DNA from: an uncultured delta proteobacterium
GTDB lineage: Bacteria > Myxococcota > Myxococcia > Myxococcales > Myxococcaceae
Direction of reading: 5' to 3'
DNA: 64,000 bases
Assembly (NCBI GenBank): GCA_963796055.1
Contig: CAWCKH010000006.1
Span: 64,001 to 128,000, forward strand
The position numbers and the translations under genes were made by a program. The notes under the pieces are model-generated. The model was given only the letters and a program-made list of their open reading frames with translations, did not search any database and was not told where the DNA came from. Shown here piece by piece: positions 10,313-20,482 of the stretch (position 1 is its first letter; each line of letters opens with the position of its first letter).

Positions 10313-12246
10313 CGACGAACCCCGTTGCCCTGGCACCAGCGGACCAGGACGTAGAGGGACCAGACCCGGGACCAGTACAGACCTGGCGCCCGGTCGCGGA
10401 ACGCCCGCCACAGCCGGGCCACCGTCCCGGGCTCGAGCCCGGCCGCCCGAACCGCCTCCCCGTCGCGGAGGGTCCGGTCGATCTCCGGACCGAGCCCCTG
10501 GCGGATCCAGCGATCGAAGGGGAGCACGAAGCCGCGCTTGGGGCGCTCGAAGAGGGCCGGGGGGAGCCCGCGCAGGCCCGTGCGCCGCAGCGCCGCCTTC
10601 CGGAGAAGCGGCTCGTAGCGCGGGGCATCGGGAAGCCGGTACACCGCCTCGACGAGACTTGCGTCCACCAGCGGGAGCCGCTGCTCGATGGAGGCGGCCA
10701 TGCTCGCCACGTCGTTGTCCCGGAGCAGTCGCTCGCCCAGGAAGAGCCGCTGCTCGAGCACGCTGATCGCCGCCAGCCGGGAACGGCCATGGATCTCCCG
10801 ATGCAGCCGGGCGCGCACGGCGGGAGGAAGCCCTATCTCGAGCAGGCTCGCCCCCTCCCGTCCGAGGAGCTGCTCCTGGAAGTCGGGCAGGAACTGGGCG
10901 TAGGCGAGCTGGTAGAGCGAGAGCAGATCGTCTCCCCGCCGCACCATCTCCGGGAGCTTGGCCCATCGGGTCTGGCGGGGAACCTCGCCCTGCTGCCGCT
11001 GGAGCGCGGCCACCCCGATCTGCGCGCTGCCCACCAGGGCTCCGCGGGGAACCCAGTCCAGCCGCTGCGACCAGCGGTGGAGCACGGGCAGGTCGCGGAA
11101 GCTGCCGTAGCCGCCGAAGAGCTCGTCCCCTCCGGTGCCCACCAGGGCGACGGTGAACCCCGCCTCCCGTACCGCGCGGGACATGAAGTACGAGTTGAGC
11201 CCGTCGAAGGTGGGCTGATCGAGACTGTCGAGGGCCCTCTCCAGCTCTCCCACGAAGCGGGCCTCGGTCAGGACCACCTCCTGGTGCCGGGTCCCGATGG
11301 CCTGGGCGATCTGGCGGGCGACCTGGCCCTCGTTGAACTCCTCCTCCTCGAACGCGAGGGTGAAGGTGTGGACCGGCCCCCGCTGGGCGCGCTGGGCGAT
11401 GTTGGCAACCGCCGACGAGTCGATGCCGCCGGAGAGGAACACCCCCAGCGGAACGTCGCTGATCAGATGGCCACGGACGCTCTCTTCCAGCACTGCGGCG
11501 AGGTCGTCCTCGGCGATCTCCGGTCCCTGCCCGGGCGCGGGGAGCTGCCAGTACTGCCGCGCGTCCGCGGAACCGTCCTCGCGGACCTCGCGGAGCTCGC
11601 CGGGCAGGAGCGACTCCACTCCCTGCACCGCCGTCCCCGGACCGACCACGAAGCCGTTCCAGACCATCGATGCCGCCGCGACGGGGTCGAGCCGCGGCGT
11701 CCCGAGCAGCCCGGAGGCGAGCAGCGCGCGTATCTCCGAGGCGAAGGCGAACGTCCACCCGCTCGAGGGGTCACCGGAGCGAGCGACGTAGAGCGGCTTG
11801 ATGCCGAGTGGGTCTCGCGCGAGCAGCAGGATCCGGCGGTGCGGGTCCCAGCAGGCCAGGGCGAACATCCCCCGGAACGAGGAGAGCGAGGCCGCGCCCT
11901 CGGTGGCGAGCGCTCGCAGCACCACCGCCGCGTCGCCGGTCGAGCCGAAGGTGTGACCGGCGGCGCCGAGCCGAGCCCGGAGCTCCTGGAAGTTGTAGAC
12001 CTCGCCGTTGAAGAGGAGGACGTGCCCGGTGGTCGGATCGACCATCGGCTGGTGTCCGGCCGGAGAGAGGTCGAGGATCGACAGACGCCGGAAGGCGAGC
12101 AGCGCTCCCTGCTGGTCCGGCCCAGGCGCCGATTCCCAGGTGCCGGAGTCATCCGGTCCGCGGTGCACCATCGCGTCGCTCATCCGCTTCAGGGCGGCGC
12201 GGTTCGCCTCGTCGATGCGGCCCAGGATGCCGGCGATTCCACACAT
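10309..12246 (-). CDS. asnB: Asparagine synthase (glutamine-hydrolysing) family amidotransferase
   Basis: Motifs MCGIAG, HRGPD, RRLSILD, FNGEVYNF, ARDPLGIKPLY, FLSGGIDSS and GTGGDELFGGY. Confidence 0.93.
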   Translation of the reverse strand: MCGIAGILGRIDEANRAALKRMSDAMVHRGPDDSGTWESAPGPDQQGALLAFRRLSILDLSPAGHQPMVDPTTGHVLLFNGEVYNFQELRARLGAAGHTFGSTGDAAVVLRALATEGAASLSSFRGMFALACWDPHRRILLLARDPLGIKPLYVARSGDPSSGWTFAFASEIRALLASGLLGTPRLDPVAAASMVWNGFVVGPGTAVQGVESLLPGELREVREDGSADARQYWQLPAPGQGPEIAEDDLAAVLEESVRGHLISDVPLGVFLSGGIDSSAVANIAQRAQRGPVHTFTLAFEEEEFNEGQVARQIAQAIGTRHQEVVLTEARFVGELERALDSLDQPTFDGLNSYFMSRAVREAGFTVALVGTGGDELFGGYGSFRDLPVLHRWSQRLDWVPRGALVGSAQIGVAALQRQQGEVPRQTRWAKLPEMVRRGDDLLSLYQLAYAQFLPDFQEQLLGREGASLLEIGLPPAVRARLHREIHGRSRLAAISVLEQRLFLGERLLRDNDVASMAASIEQRLPLVDASLVEAVYRLPDAPRYEPLLRKAALRRTGLRGLPPALFERPKRGFVLPFDRWIRQGLGPEIDRTLRDGEAVRAAGLEPGTVARLWRAFRDRAPGLYWSRVWSLYVLVRWCQGNGVRR

Positions 12247-12305
12247 GGGAGGGTGCGCGACCAAACTACGGATCGGCCATCACAGTCACCTGGACGGCCC
12301 CTGGG

Positions 12306-13874
12306 TCACGGGCGCACCGGTCTCGCCTCGCCTCGGCGCGAAGGCGCGTCGATCAGGAGCACCCAGTCATCGAGTCCGGACAGGTTTCTTCCGCGCACCT
12401 GGAATTCGATCTGTCGGGCGTCGGGCAGCGCCATCTCCGCGCCGAAGGTCCCGGCGGATGGATCGAACCAGCGCGCCCGGGCCGGGCGGTGGAGCCTGGA
12501 GAGCTCGAGGGTGAAGCGGCGCCGCTCCGCTCCTGTGGGGGGGACGTAGACCACCAGGAGATCCCCCTCGGGGGAGGCGGCAGCCGCGATGTGCCCTTGC
12601 CCGGACTGCTGACCGGCCCTGACCAGGTCGGGGCGCCCCGCCGACGGGCCGGCGGGGACGAGGCGCTCCCAGGCCAGGCCCTCGAAGAAGGCATGCAGGT
12701 GCATCACCTCCCCGGTCCCGGGGGAGCTCAGCTCCGCCGCCCACGAGGAGACGGCGTGGTCGGTCTCGCCGTAGCTGGCCTCGTACCGGCCGCGCGCGGA
12801 CTCGCACCTCCAGAGGAAGTGATTGCTCCAGATGACCCCCGAGGCGCCGGAGAGCATCGCCCACCACCAGGCCTTCCGGAACGGCTGGAGCTGGCCCCCG
12901 GGATGCTCGTGCTCGTAGGCGGATTCCAGCAGGTAGACGGGCCGGGGCGGCCGGGCGTCGAAGGCGCGCGCCGTGAACCTCCAGGGGGAGGCGTACTGGT
13001 AGACGCCGTTCAGCTCCATGGCCGGGGCGAACAGGGCCTCGTCGGTGGAGATCCCGCCCTGGTGCCCGAAGTTCCAGTGTCCGCTCCAGGGCTGGGTGGC
13101 CCCCGCCGCGCGGATCCCCTCGAGCAGCGCGAGATGGCGCGCTTCTCCTTCCGAGCCGGGCGGGGGCGCGAAGTCGCCGCCGGCGAGCCAGAGCACGTTG
13201 GAGCGATCGCGGAAGCGGGTCCCGAGGTAGCGGCCGTAGCCCGTGCACACCGCACGGGTGTTGGTGGAGGAGTTCAGCTCCTCCCACCACCCTTCCTGGC
13301 CGCCGTCGAAGCCGAGGTAGAGCGGCGCCAGGAGCACCGCCATCCCGTGCGCGGCGGCGCGGTCCACGAACGCCACCGCCCGGTCGAAGTAGGCATCGTT
13401 CGGCGTGGAGAAGTCGCCGCGGCGGAGGAAGGGTTGCTCTCCCCGCCGATTGGAGGGCGGCTCGGGGTTGGGCGGACCCGTGTAGTCGTGGTTGGTGAGC
13501 ATCACCTCCACGAGGTTGAACCCGCGGCGGGCGCGGTCCGCGAGGTAGCGCTCCTGCTCCTCCTCGGTGAGGTTCGCCAGGGCCAGCCAGGCCGTCTCGC
13601 CCTTGATGAGGAACGGCACGCCGCGCTGGTCCTCGAGGTGTCGCCCACCGCGGGAAACTTGAAGGGGAAAGACGGCGGGAAGTGGCCGCGCGAGCCGGCC
13701 GGTGCCAGGGAGGCCGCCGAGCGGTGAGGTGCGGCGCTCGGCGTGGGGGGCCGCGGCCACGACCGCCGGAGCACCGCCGTCCGCCGGCGTCTCCGGCGGC
13801 TTGGGCGAGGGACGGCAGGCGAGGAGCAGGGCGACGGCTGCGAGGGCCGAGGCCCGGCTCCGCCGCTCAGCCAT
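12306..13874 (-). CDS. DUF4038 / apiosidase-like glycoside hydrolase lipoprotein with putative collagen-binding C-terminal domain
   Basis: Lipobox LLLA-C. Motifs GRHLEDQRGVPFLIKGETAW, YLADRARRGFN, NVLWLAGGD, PVYLLESAYE and ARWFDPSAG. Confidence 0.75.
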   Translation of the reverse strand: MAERRSRASALAAVALLLACRPSPKPPETPADGGAPAVVAAAPHAERRTSPLGGLPGTGRLARPLPAVFPLQVSRGGRHLEDQRGVPFLIKGETAWLALANLTEEEQERYLADRARRGFNLVEVMLTNHDYTGPPNPEPPSNRRGEQPFLRRGDFSTPNDAYFDRAVAFVDRAAAHGMAVLLAPLYLGFDGGQEGWWEELNSSTNTRAVCTGYGRYLGTRFRDRSNVLWLAGGDFAPPPGSEGEARHLALLEGIRAAGATQPWSGHWNFGHQGGISTDEALFAPAMELNGVYQYASPWRFTARAFDARPPRPVYLLESAYEHEHPGGQLQPFRKAWWWAMLSGASGVIWSNHFLWRCESARGRYEASYGETDHAVSSWAAELSSPGTGEVMHLHAFFEGLAWERLVPAGPSAGRPDLVRAGQQSGQGHIAAAASPEGDLLVVYVPPTGAERRRFTLELSRLHRPARARWFDPSAGTFGAEMALPDARQIEFQVRGRNLSGLDDWVLLIDAPSRRGEARPVRP

Positions 13875-15025
13875 TGCCGGCGAAGTGGCGGCGGATCGCC
13901 TGAACGATGCGCCCGGCCGCCTGTCCGTCGCCGTACGGGTTTCGCGCCTGGGACATCGCCGAGTAGGCCTCGGGGTCGGTGAGGAGCCGGGTGGCATGGC
14001 GGCTGATCTCGCTCGCCCGGGGACCGGTGAGGATGGCCGTCCCGGCGGCCACTCCTTCCGGGCGCTCGGTGGTATCGCGCATCACCAGCACCGGCTTGCC
14101 CAGCGAGGGCGCCTCCTCCTGGACGCCGCCGGAGTCGGTGAGCACCAGCCGGCAGCGATCGAGCAGCGCCACGAAGGTCCGGTAGCCCTGCGGAGGAATG
14201 AGCCGGACGTTGCTCAGCCCACCGAGGAGGGCGTTCACGTGGGTGTGCACGTTGGGGTTCAGGTGAACGGGATAGACGAACCGGTGGTCGGGAAAGGTCG
14301 CGGCCAGGGTGGCGATCGCCTCGCAGAATCTGGGCGATGCCGTCGCCGAAGTTCTCCCGGCGGTGGCCGGTGATGAGGACCAGGGGCACCCGCGCCCAGT
14401 CCGGGCCCACCAGCGTGCGCAGCTCGGCGTCGATGCCGGCGCGGAGCCGCTCGTCGGCCTTCTGGGCGGCGACCTCCACCAGCAGCGCATCTATGACCGT
14501 GTTGCCGGTGACGGTGATGCTGGTGTCGGGAATGCTTTCCCGGAGCAGCGCCGAGCGTGCCGCCTCGGTGGGCGCGAAGTGGAGCGCCATCAACGGGGTG
14601 GCGAGCTTGCGGTTCACCTCTTCCGGGAAGGGAGACCAGATATTGCCGGTGCGCAGCCCGGCCTCCACGTGCCCGATCGGGATGCGGCGGTAGAAGCAGG
14701 CCAGGGCGGCCACCAGCACCGTCGTGGTGTCGCCCTGCACCAGCGCGAGGTCGGGGCGGGACGAGCCGAGCCAGCCGTCGATCCCCTCCATCAGCCGCGA
14801 GGTGAGCCCGGCCAGCGTCTGGTTGGGGCGCATCACGTCCAGGTCGGCGTCCACGGTGAAGCCAAAGGTCTCGGTCACCTGCCAGAACATCTCCTTGTGC
14901 TGTCCGGTGGCGACAACGGTGCAGCGGAGATCCTCGGTGCGACGGAGGGCCGCCACGACCGGCGCGAGCTTGATGGCCTCGGGCCGGGTCCCCATGAAGA
15001 CAACGATGTTGCGGGGAGCGCTCAC
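13867..15025 (-). CDS. wecB: UDP-N-acetylglucosamine 2-epimerase (non-hydrolysing), +1 frameshift at ~14327
   Basis: Motifs GTRPEAIKLAP, TGQH, QGDT, HVEAGLRT, PEE, HRREN, then LTDSGGVQEEAP, TTERPE and NPYGDG in a second frame. Removing one base in AGAATCT gives AQICEAI. Confidence 0.9.
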
Positions 15026-15823
15026 GAGGCGGATGCGCCGAGACGGCGGCGGAGGGCCTCGCGGCCGGCCGCCCAGAGGAACTCGGTGTTGGTGGTGAGG
15101 TAGCGCTTCCACATCTTCCGGGGCTCCATCAGGAGGCGCCAGGACCACTCCATCCCGGTGGCGCGGAGCCAGCGAGGAGCCCGGGGGACCTCTCCGGCGA
15201 GCACGTCGAAGCTCCCGCCGACCCCCATCAGCACCGGGATCTGTAGGAGCTCCCGGTACCGCTGGCAGAAGACTTCCTTGAAGGGCGATGGCATTCCGAC
15301 GAAGAGGAGGTGCGGAGCGCGCTCGCGGATCTCCTCCGCCACCGACGCCTGCTCGCTCTTCGAGAAGTACCCGTTGCGCGCGCCGGCCACCACCAGGCCC
15401 GGGTAGGAGGTCGCGCAGCGCTGGAGGAGCTTCCGGATGACCTCCTCGCGGGCACCGAGGAGGTAGATCCGGAGGTGCCGGGCCGAGGCAGCCTCGAGGA
15501 GCCGGGTCATGAGAATCCACGCCGGTGACGCGCCCGGGGACCGGCGTCCGGGCCAGTCCCATCGCCCACACCACCGACATCCCGTCGGCGAGGACCAGAT
15601 CCCCGGCGCGGCAGGCCTCCGACAGCTCGGGGTCCCGCCGCATCATGCAGAGCACCCCGGCATTGGCAGTGATGACCGTGTGCGGAGCGCGGGGGCCCTC
15701 GCACCAGGCCAGGCAGCGCGCCAGCGCCGAGTCCATCGTCTCGGGGTCGAAGGACAGGCCCATCAGCTGGGGCCGCACCGTGGACTCAGGCACAGCCGGC
15801 TCCGGACCCGCGGTGGGTTGCAT
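15022..15823 (-). CDS. WecG/TagA/CpsF-family glycosyltransferase, +1 frameshift at ~15514
   Basis: TAN, LADGMSVVWA and RVTGVD, then LMTRLL, NGYF, LFVGMPSPFKE, MGVGGSFD and GMEWSWRLLMEPRKMWKRY. The start codon is uncertain. Confidence 0.88.
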
Positions 15824-16745
15824 CCCAGACCGCGGCGCGCTCGGCGTTCACCTTCCGGGTCGCCTTCCGCTTCCCGACCAGCAACGCCAGATGCTGGTAG
15901 CTGCGGACGAAGCGCCGGAACTCGGGATCGTCGTACCGCTGCGCACCGCGGACCGCGCTGGAGAAGTAGCCCCAGAGCATCGCCGCGCTCCCGTACACCG
16001 GCGGGTGCTGCGCCACCCGCGAGGCAGCGACGGCCAGGTAATAGAGAGGAGACGTCCCCATGAAGTACTGGCCGAATCCGGCCCGGACGCGCCCGGTCCA
16101 GATGCCCTTCTGACTGGCGCCCTGGGGACGGAGATGGACGAAGCGCAGCCCCTCCTCGTCCACGCTCTCGGCCAGCCAGCCCAGCATCCGCGCGCGGTGA
16201 CAGTCGATGCCGTCCCACATCACCTGGCGGACGAAGCCGCCAATCTCCCGGAAGCAGGCGACCCGGTAGAACTTGGTCATGCCCACCGACATCTCGTCGC
16301 CGCACACCTCCGGCACCAGCTGACCGGTCCGTGGGTGCACGAACCAGGGCTTGCCGGACGAGGTGCCGAGGCGCGGCTCCGCCTCCATGCGCTGGACCAG
16401 CCGCTCGAAGTATCCGGGCGGGAGGTCGAGATCCATGTCCAGCTTGCAGAGGTAGTCGAAGCCGTCGAGGTCCACGCTCTCCAGTCCGGCGTAGAACGCC
16501 TCGACGACGCCGGGCCCGACGCTCCGCCGCCCGCGATCGTCCCGGCGGAGCACGCGGAGGTACGGAAGCTTCCGCGAGAACTCCTCGAGGATGGCGGGCG
16601 TCTCGTCGGTCGAGCCGTCGTCGACCACGACCCACAGCGCCGGCCCCAGCGTCTGCGCCGCGACGCTCTCCAGGGTCCGGCGCAGGTACGCGGCCTCGTC
16701 GCGACAGGGCGAGATGAGGAGATAGCGACGGCCCACCGCGTTCAC
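15786..16745 (-). CDS. Glycosyltransferase family 2
   Basis: Motifs ISPCRDEA, VVDDGSTDET and KLDMD (DxD). GTG start with a GGAGG RBS. Confidence 0.88.
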   Translation of the reverse strand: MNAVGRRYLLISPCRDEAAYLRRTLESVAAQTLGPALWVVVDDGSTDETPAILEEFSRKLPYLRVLRRDDRGRRSVGPGVVEAFYAGLESVDLDGFDYLCKLDMDLDLPPGYFERLVQRMEAEPRLGTSSGKPWFVHPRTGQLVPEVCGDEMSVGMTKFYRVACFREIGGFVRQVMWDGIDCHRARMLGWLAESVDEEGLRFVHLRPQGASQKGIWTGRVRAGFGQYFMGTSPLYYLAVAASRVAQHPPVYGSAAMLWGYFSSAVRGAQRYDDPEFRRFVRSYQHLALLVGKRKATRKVNAERAAVWDATHRGSGAGCA

Positions 16746-16939
16746 GACGTGACCTCCCGGACCACGACCGGAACCAGGCACGTATCACGACACCGTTCCG
16801 ACGTCGTGAACTCCGGCAGTGGCCGCGCGACCCTGCACCTTGGGTCCAGGGGGGGTTGGGGCTCACCCACCGCGACTGGGGCGTGGAGGGTGGTAGAAGG
16901 CGCAGGCCCCGACGTTCGGCGCTTCCAGCACTGCGCGAG

Positions 16940-18232
16940 ATGAATCGAGAGCGCCTCAGCATCCTGTACCTCGCCCCGTTTCCCCCGAGCCCGCCGCGGT
17001 TCGGGGCCCAGGCCCGGATGCACGGACTGGTGACCGCGCTCGCCCGCCGCCACGACATCACCCTGGTGTCGCTGCTCGACGAGCAGGTCGATGCCGAGGA
17101 GTCCCGCCGGGCGATGAGCGGGTACTGCCGCGAGGTGGTGCTGATCCCCAACCGACGCGGCCGGAGCGGTCTGTCGAAGCGGGCGAATCAGCTTCGCTCG
17201 CTCGTCTCGCTGCACAGCTTCGAGCACCTGCGCCATGCGCTTCCCGAGCTCCAGGCGACGCTCGACCGACTGGAAGCACGGTCGCGGTTCGACCTGGTCA
17301 ACGTCGTGTTCCCGCACCTCGCCCATTTCCGGTTGCGGCAGGCTCCGGCCGGCGCGCCGCCCCCCCGGGTGGTCGTCGACTCGCACGAGGTCAGCTACCA
17401 GCTGGGACGGCAGTTCGCCCGGAGCGCCCCCACGCTCGCGCGGCGGATCTACGGAGAATGGAACTGGCGCAAGCTGCGGGGGGAGGAACTCGCCGCCTAC
17501 CGCCATGCCGACGGCAGCTACTTCTGCAGTCGCGACGACCAGGAGCGGGTCCTGGCCGAGGTGCCCGAGGCCCGCACGGCGGTCGTCCCCAACGCCGCCG
17601 ACGTGGATTTCTACCGGCGTCGGACCGAGGACCCTCCACCGGACGGGCGGACGATGGTCTTCTTCGGCCTTCTGTCTACCGTCCCGAACATCGACGGCAT
17701 CCGGTGGTTCGTCCAGGCGATCTGGCCGCGGGTGGTTCGCGCGCGGCCGGACGCCCGGCTGCTCGTCCTGGGGAAGGATCCGCCCCTGGCGGTCCGGGAG
17801 CTCGCCGGACCGGGCGTGGAGGTGGCCGGCTTCGTCGCGGATCTGCGGCCGTCTCTCGCCGCGGCGGCGGCGGTGGCCGTGCCCCTGCGGCTGGGCGGAG
17901 GAACCCGGCTGAAGATCGTGGAGGCCATGGCGATGGGACGGCCGGTGGTCTCCACCACCCTCGGCGCCGAAGGACTCGACGTGGTCTCCGGTCGGGACCT
18001 CCTCATCGCCGACGAGCCGGAGACCTTCGCCGCGGCGCTGCTTCGCGTGCTCGACGACCGGGAGCTCGGCGACCGGCTCGGAACTGCGGCACGGCAGCTC
18101 GCAGTCGCCCGTTACGCCTGGACCGCAGCCGCCGACACCTTGGAGTCTTTCTTCAAAGAGATCCTGGAGGACCGTCGCGGAGACGCGCGAGCGACCGCCG
18201 GGCGACTGGGGGCCGGAGGGAGCACCTCGTGA
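16940..18232 (+). CDS. Glycosyltransferase family 4 (GT-B)
   Basis: Motifs VVPNAAD, PNIDGIRWF and VPLRLGGGTRLKIVEAMAMGRPVVSTTLGAEGL. Confidence 0.9.
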   Translation: MNRERLSILYLAPFPPSPPRFGAQARMHGLVTALARRHDITLVSLLDEQVDAEESRRAMSGYCREVVLIPNRRGRSGLSKRANQLRSLVSLHSFEHLRHALPELQATLDRLEARSRFDLVNVVFPHLAHFRLRQAPAGAPPPRVVVDSHEVSYQLGRQFARSAPTLARRIYGEWNWRKLRGEELAAYRHADGSYFCSRDDQERVLAEVPEARTAVVPNAADVDFYRRRTEDPPPDGRTMVFFGLLSTVPNIDGIRWFVQAIWPRVVRARPDARLLVLGKDPPLAVRELAGPGVEVAGFVADLRPSLAAAAAVAVPLRLGGGTRLKIVEAMAMGRPVVSTTLGAEGLDVVSGRDLLIADEPETFAAALLRVLDDRELGDRLGTAARQLAVARYAWTAAADTLESFFKEILEDRRGDARATAGRLGAGGSTS

Positions 18233-19281
18233 GAGCAGCGCTGATCGGAGCCGGTCAGATCGCCCGGCAGCACCTGACCTGCCTGACCGGGCTGCCCGGG
18301 CTGGAGGTCGCCGCGGTGTGCGACCTCTCCCCGGCAACGGCGGAATGCGCCGCCGAGCGGCACGGGATTCCCGCCTGGTTCACCGATCACCGGGAGATGC
18401 TGCGCGAGGTCCGTCCCGACGTGGTCCACGTCACCACCCCTCCCGCCTCCCATTTCCGTCTCGCCCAGGATGCGCTGGCGGCGCACGCGCACGTCATCGT
18501 CGAGAAGCCGGCCACCTCCACCCTGGAGGAGGTGGAGGGCCTGGCCCGGCAGGCCCGCGAGCAAGGCCGGGCGCTGATCGAGGACTACAACTACCTCTTC
18601 AACCGCGGGCCGCTGGAGATCCTCCGGCGGGTCGAGTCAGGGGAGTTCGGGGCGGTGGTCCACGTCGAGGCGACCATCTGCCTCGCCATCCTCGGCCCGG
18701 AGGGATTCGCCGACCCCAACCTCTCGCACCCTGCCCTGGCGCTCGCCGGCGGAGCCATCTCCGACTTCCTGCCGCACCTCGCCTCGCTGGCCCACCGCTT
18801 CGTCGGTCCGCACCGCCGGGCGTGGCCGGTCTGGACGAAGCGCACGCCATCGGTCCTTCCGTTCGACGAGTTCCACGCCATCGTCGAGGCCGAGCGTGGC
18901 ACCGCCGCGCTGGCCTTCAGCGCCACCGCCCAGCCGGACGCCTTCTGGCTCCGGGTCTACGGCGAGAAGATGCAGGCGAGCACCAACCTCTTCGAGACCC
19001 GATTGACCTTCGAGAGGGTGCGCCCGGGGCCGAAGCCGCTCCAGCCGCTCTTCAACGGCCTGGAGGAAGGCGCCGCCATTCGCCGGGCCGCACGGGCCAC
19101 ACTGATGCGGAAGTTCAAGGGAGGGCCGGGCGGGTACGAGGGGCTCTTCGAGCTGCTGGCCCGATGCTACCGCGCGTTCGGCGACAGCTCGCCGCCCCCG
19201 GTCTCGCTGCAGCAGCTGCTGGAGGTGAACCGGCTGGTGGATGCGCTCAAGCCCCAGCGTGCGGAAGGAGCTCGGGTGTGA
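18229..19281 (+). CDS. Gfo/Idh/MocA-family oxidoreductase
   Basis: GTGA overlap with the GT4 stop. Motifs LIGAGQIA, VHVTTPP and HVIVEKP. Confidence 0.88.
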   Translation: MRAALIGAGQIARQHLTCLTGLPGLEVAAVCDLSPATAECAAERHGIPAWFTDHREMLREVRPDVVHVTTPPASHFRLAQDALAAHAHVIVEKPATSTLEEVEGLARQAREQGRALIEDYNYLFNRGPLEILRRVESGEFGAVVHVEATICLAILGPEGFADPNLSHPALALAGGAISDFLPHLASLAHRFVGPHRRAWPVWTKRTPSVLPFDEFHAIVEAERGTAALAFSATAQPDAFWLRVYGEKMQASTNLFETRLTFERVRPGPKPLQPLFNGLEEGAAIRRAARATLMRKFKGGPGGYEGLFELLARCYRAFGDSSPPPVSLQQLLEVNRLVDALKPQRAEGARV

Positions 19282-20309
19282 AGGCACTGGTCACCGGGGC
19301 CAACGGATTCCTCGGCCGTCACGTGGTCCAGGCCCTGCTCGCTCGCGGGGTGGAGGTCCGCGCCCTGGTCCGGCCGGCAGCCCGGCTGGACGCGCTGGGA
19401 TGGACGTCGGAGGTGCAGGTGGACCGGGCGGACCTCCGCGGAGCCCTGGACCTCCACCGCTCCCTCGAAGGCGTCGACGTGGTGGTGCACCTCGCCGCGG
19501 CCGTCACCGGCGGCGAGGACGCCCAGTTCGCCTCGACCGTGGGCGGAACGGAGAAGCTTCTCCAGGCGATGGCCCGGAGCTCCTGCCCGCGTCTCGTCCT
19601 CGCCAGCAGCTTCTCGGTCTACGACTGGAGCGCCATCCACGGAGAGCTGGACGAGCAGTCCCCTCTGGAAGCCGGGGAGGATCTCTACGCCCGTGACGGG
19701 TACTCCATCGCCAAGTCGTGGCAGGAACGCATCGTCCGGCGCGCTGCGGCCGAGCATGGCTGGGAGCTGACCGTGCTCCGGCCGGGGTTCATCTGGGGCC
19801 GCGACCACGCCACCCTGGCCGCGATGGGACAGCGGGTCGGCCCGGTCCACCTGGTCATCGGTCCGCTGGCGCGCATGCCGATGACCCACGTCGAGAACTG
19901 CGCGGACCTCTTCGCCCTGGCCACCGTCGACCGGCGCGCGGTGGGCGAGACGTTCAACGTGGTCGACGGGCCGGGCGAGCGGATCTGGCCCTTCCTCGGG
20001 GAGTACCTCCGCCGGACCGGGGCGCGCAGCGTCCGCATCCCCATCCCCTACGACCTCGCGCATGGGGTGGTGAGCGCGGCGTTCGCCACCGTCTTTCGCC
20101 GCAACCTCAAGCTTCCGCAGATCCTCATCCCTTGCCGCTTCGAATCGCGCCTCAAGCCCCTGAACTACGACTGCCGGCGAGCGCGCGAGGTCCTCGGCTG
20201 GCAGCCGCCGTTCGATCTCGCCCGCTGCCTGGAGAAGACCTTCGGCCCACCGCCGTCCGCCGCCTCCCGCGAGGAGGACCCGCCGCGGCTGGCGCGCGCC
20301 TCCGGGTGA
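19278..20309 (+). CDS. NAD-dependent epimerase/dehydratase (extended SDR)
   Basis: GTGA overlap. Motifs TGANGFLG, VVHLAA, SSFSVY, YSIAK (YxxxK) and LRPGFIWG. Confidence 0.88.
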   Translation: MKALVTGANGFLGRHVVQALLARGVEVRALVRPAARLDALGWTSEVQVDRADLRGALDLHRSLEGVDVVVHLAAAVTGGEDAQFASTVGGTEKLLQAMARSSCPRLVLASSFSVYDWSAIHGELDEQSPLEAGEDLYARDGYSIAKSWQERIVRRAAAEHGWELTVLRPGFIWGRDHATLAAMGQRVGPVHLVIGPLARMPMTHVENCADLFALATVDRRAVGETFNVVDGPGERIWPFLGEYLRRTGARSVRIPIPYDLAHGVVSAAFATVFRRNLKLPQILIPCRFESRLKPLNYDCRRAREVLGWQPPFDLARCLEKTFGPPPSAASREEDPPRLARASG

Positions 20310-20482
20310 TGGGTCGCCCGGACCCCACCGCAACGGGCCGCCTCGACACGTCCCGACCGCGGCGTTGCACGACCTGGAAAATGAGAGCCTGAATAGAAGC
20401 AACATTCTGGTGAGGAGTTGCGCCACACCGGCGCCTCTGGCGTCGCGGTATATCGAGCAGCCTCCAGCTCGCCGGGGCGGCC

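Noticed and set aside
13867..15823. wecB and wecG as true pseudogenes
   Set aside because: Each has a single 1-nt insertion in the same motif context and otherwise intact catalytic motifs, so a sequencing artefact is more parsimonious.
16746..16939. Sigma54 promoter in the divergent GT2/GT4 region
   Set aside because: The candidate TGGC and AGGCACG sites lack the GG-N10-GC spacing.
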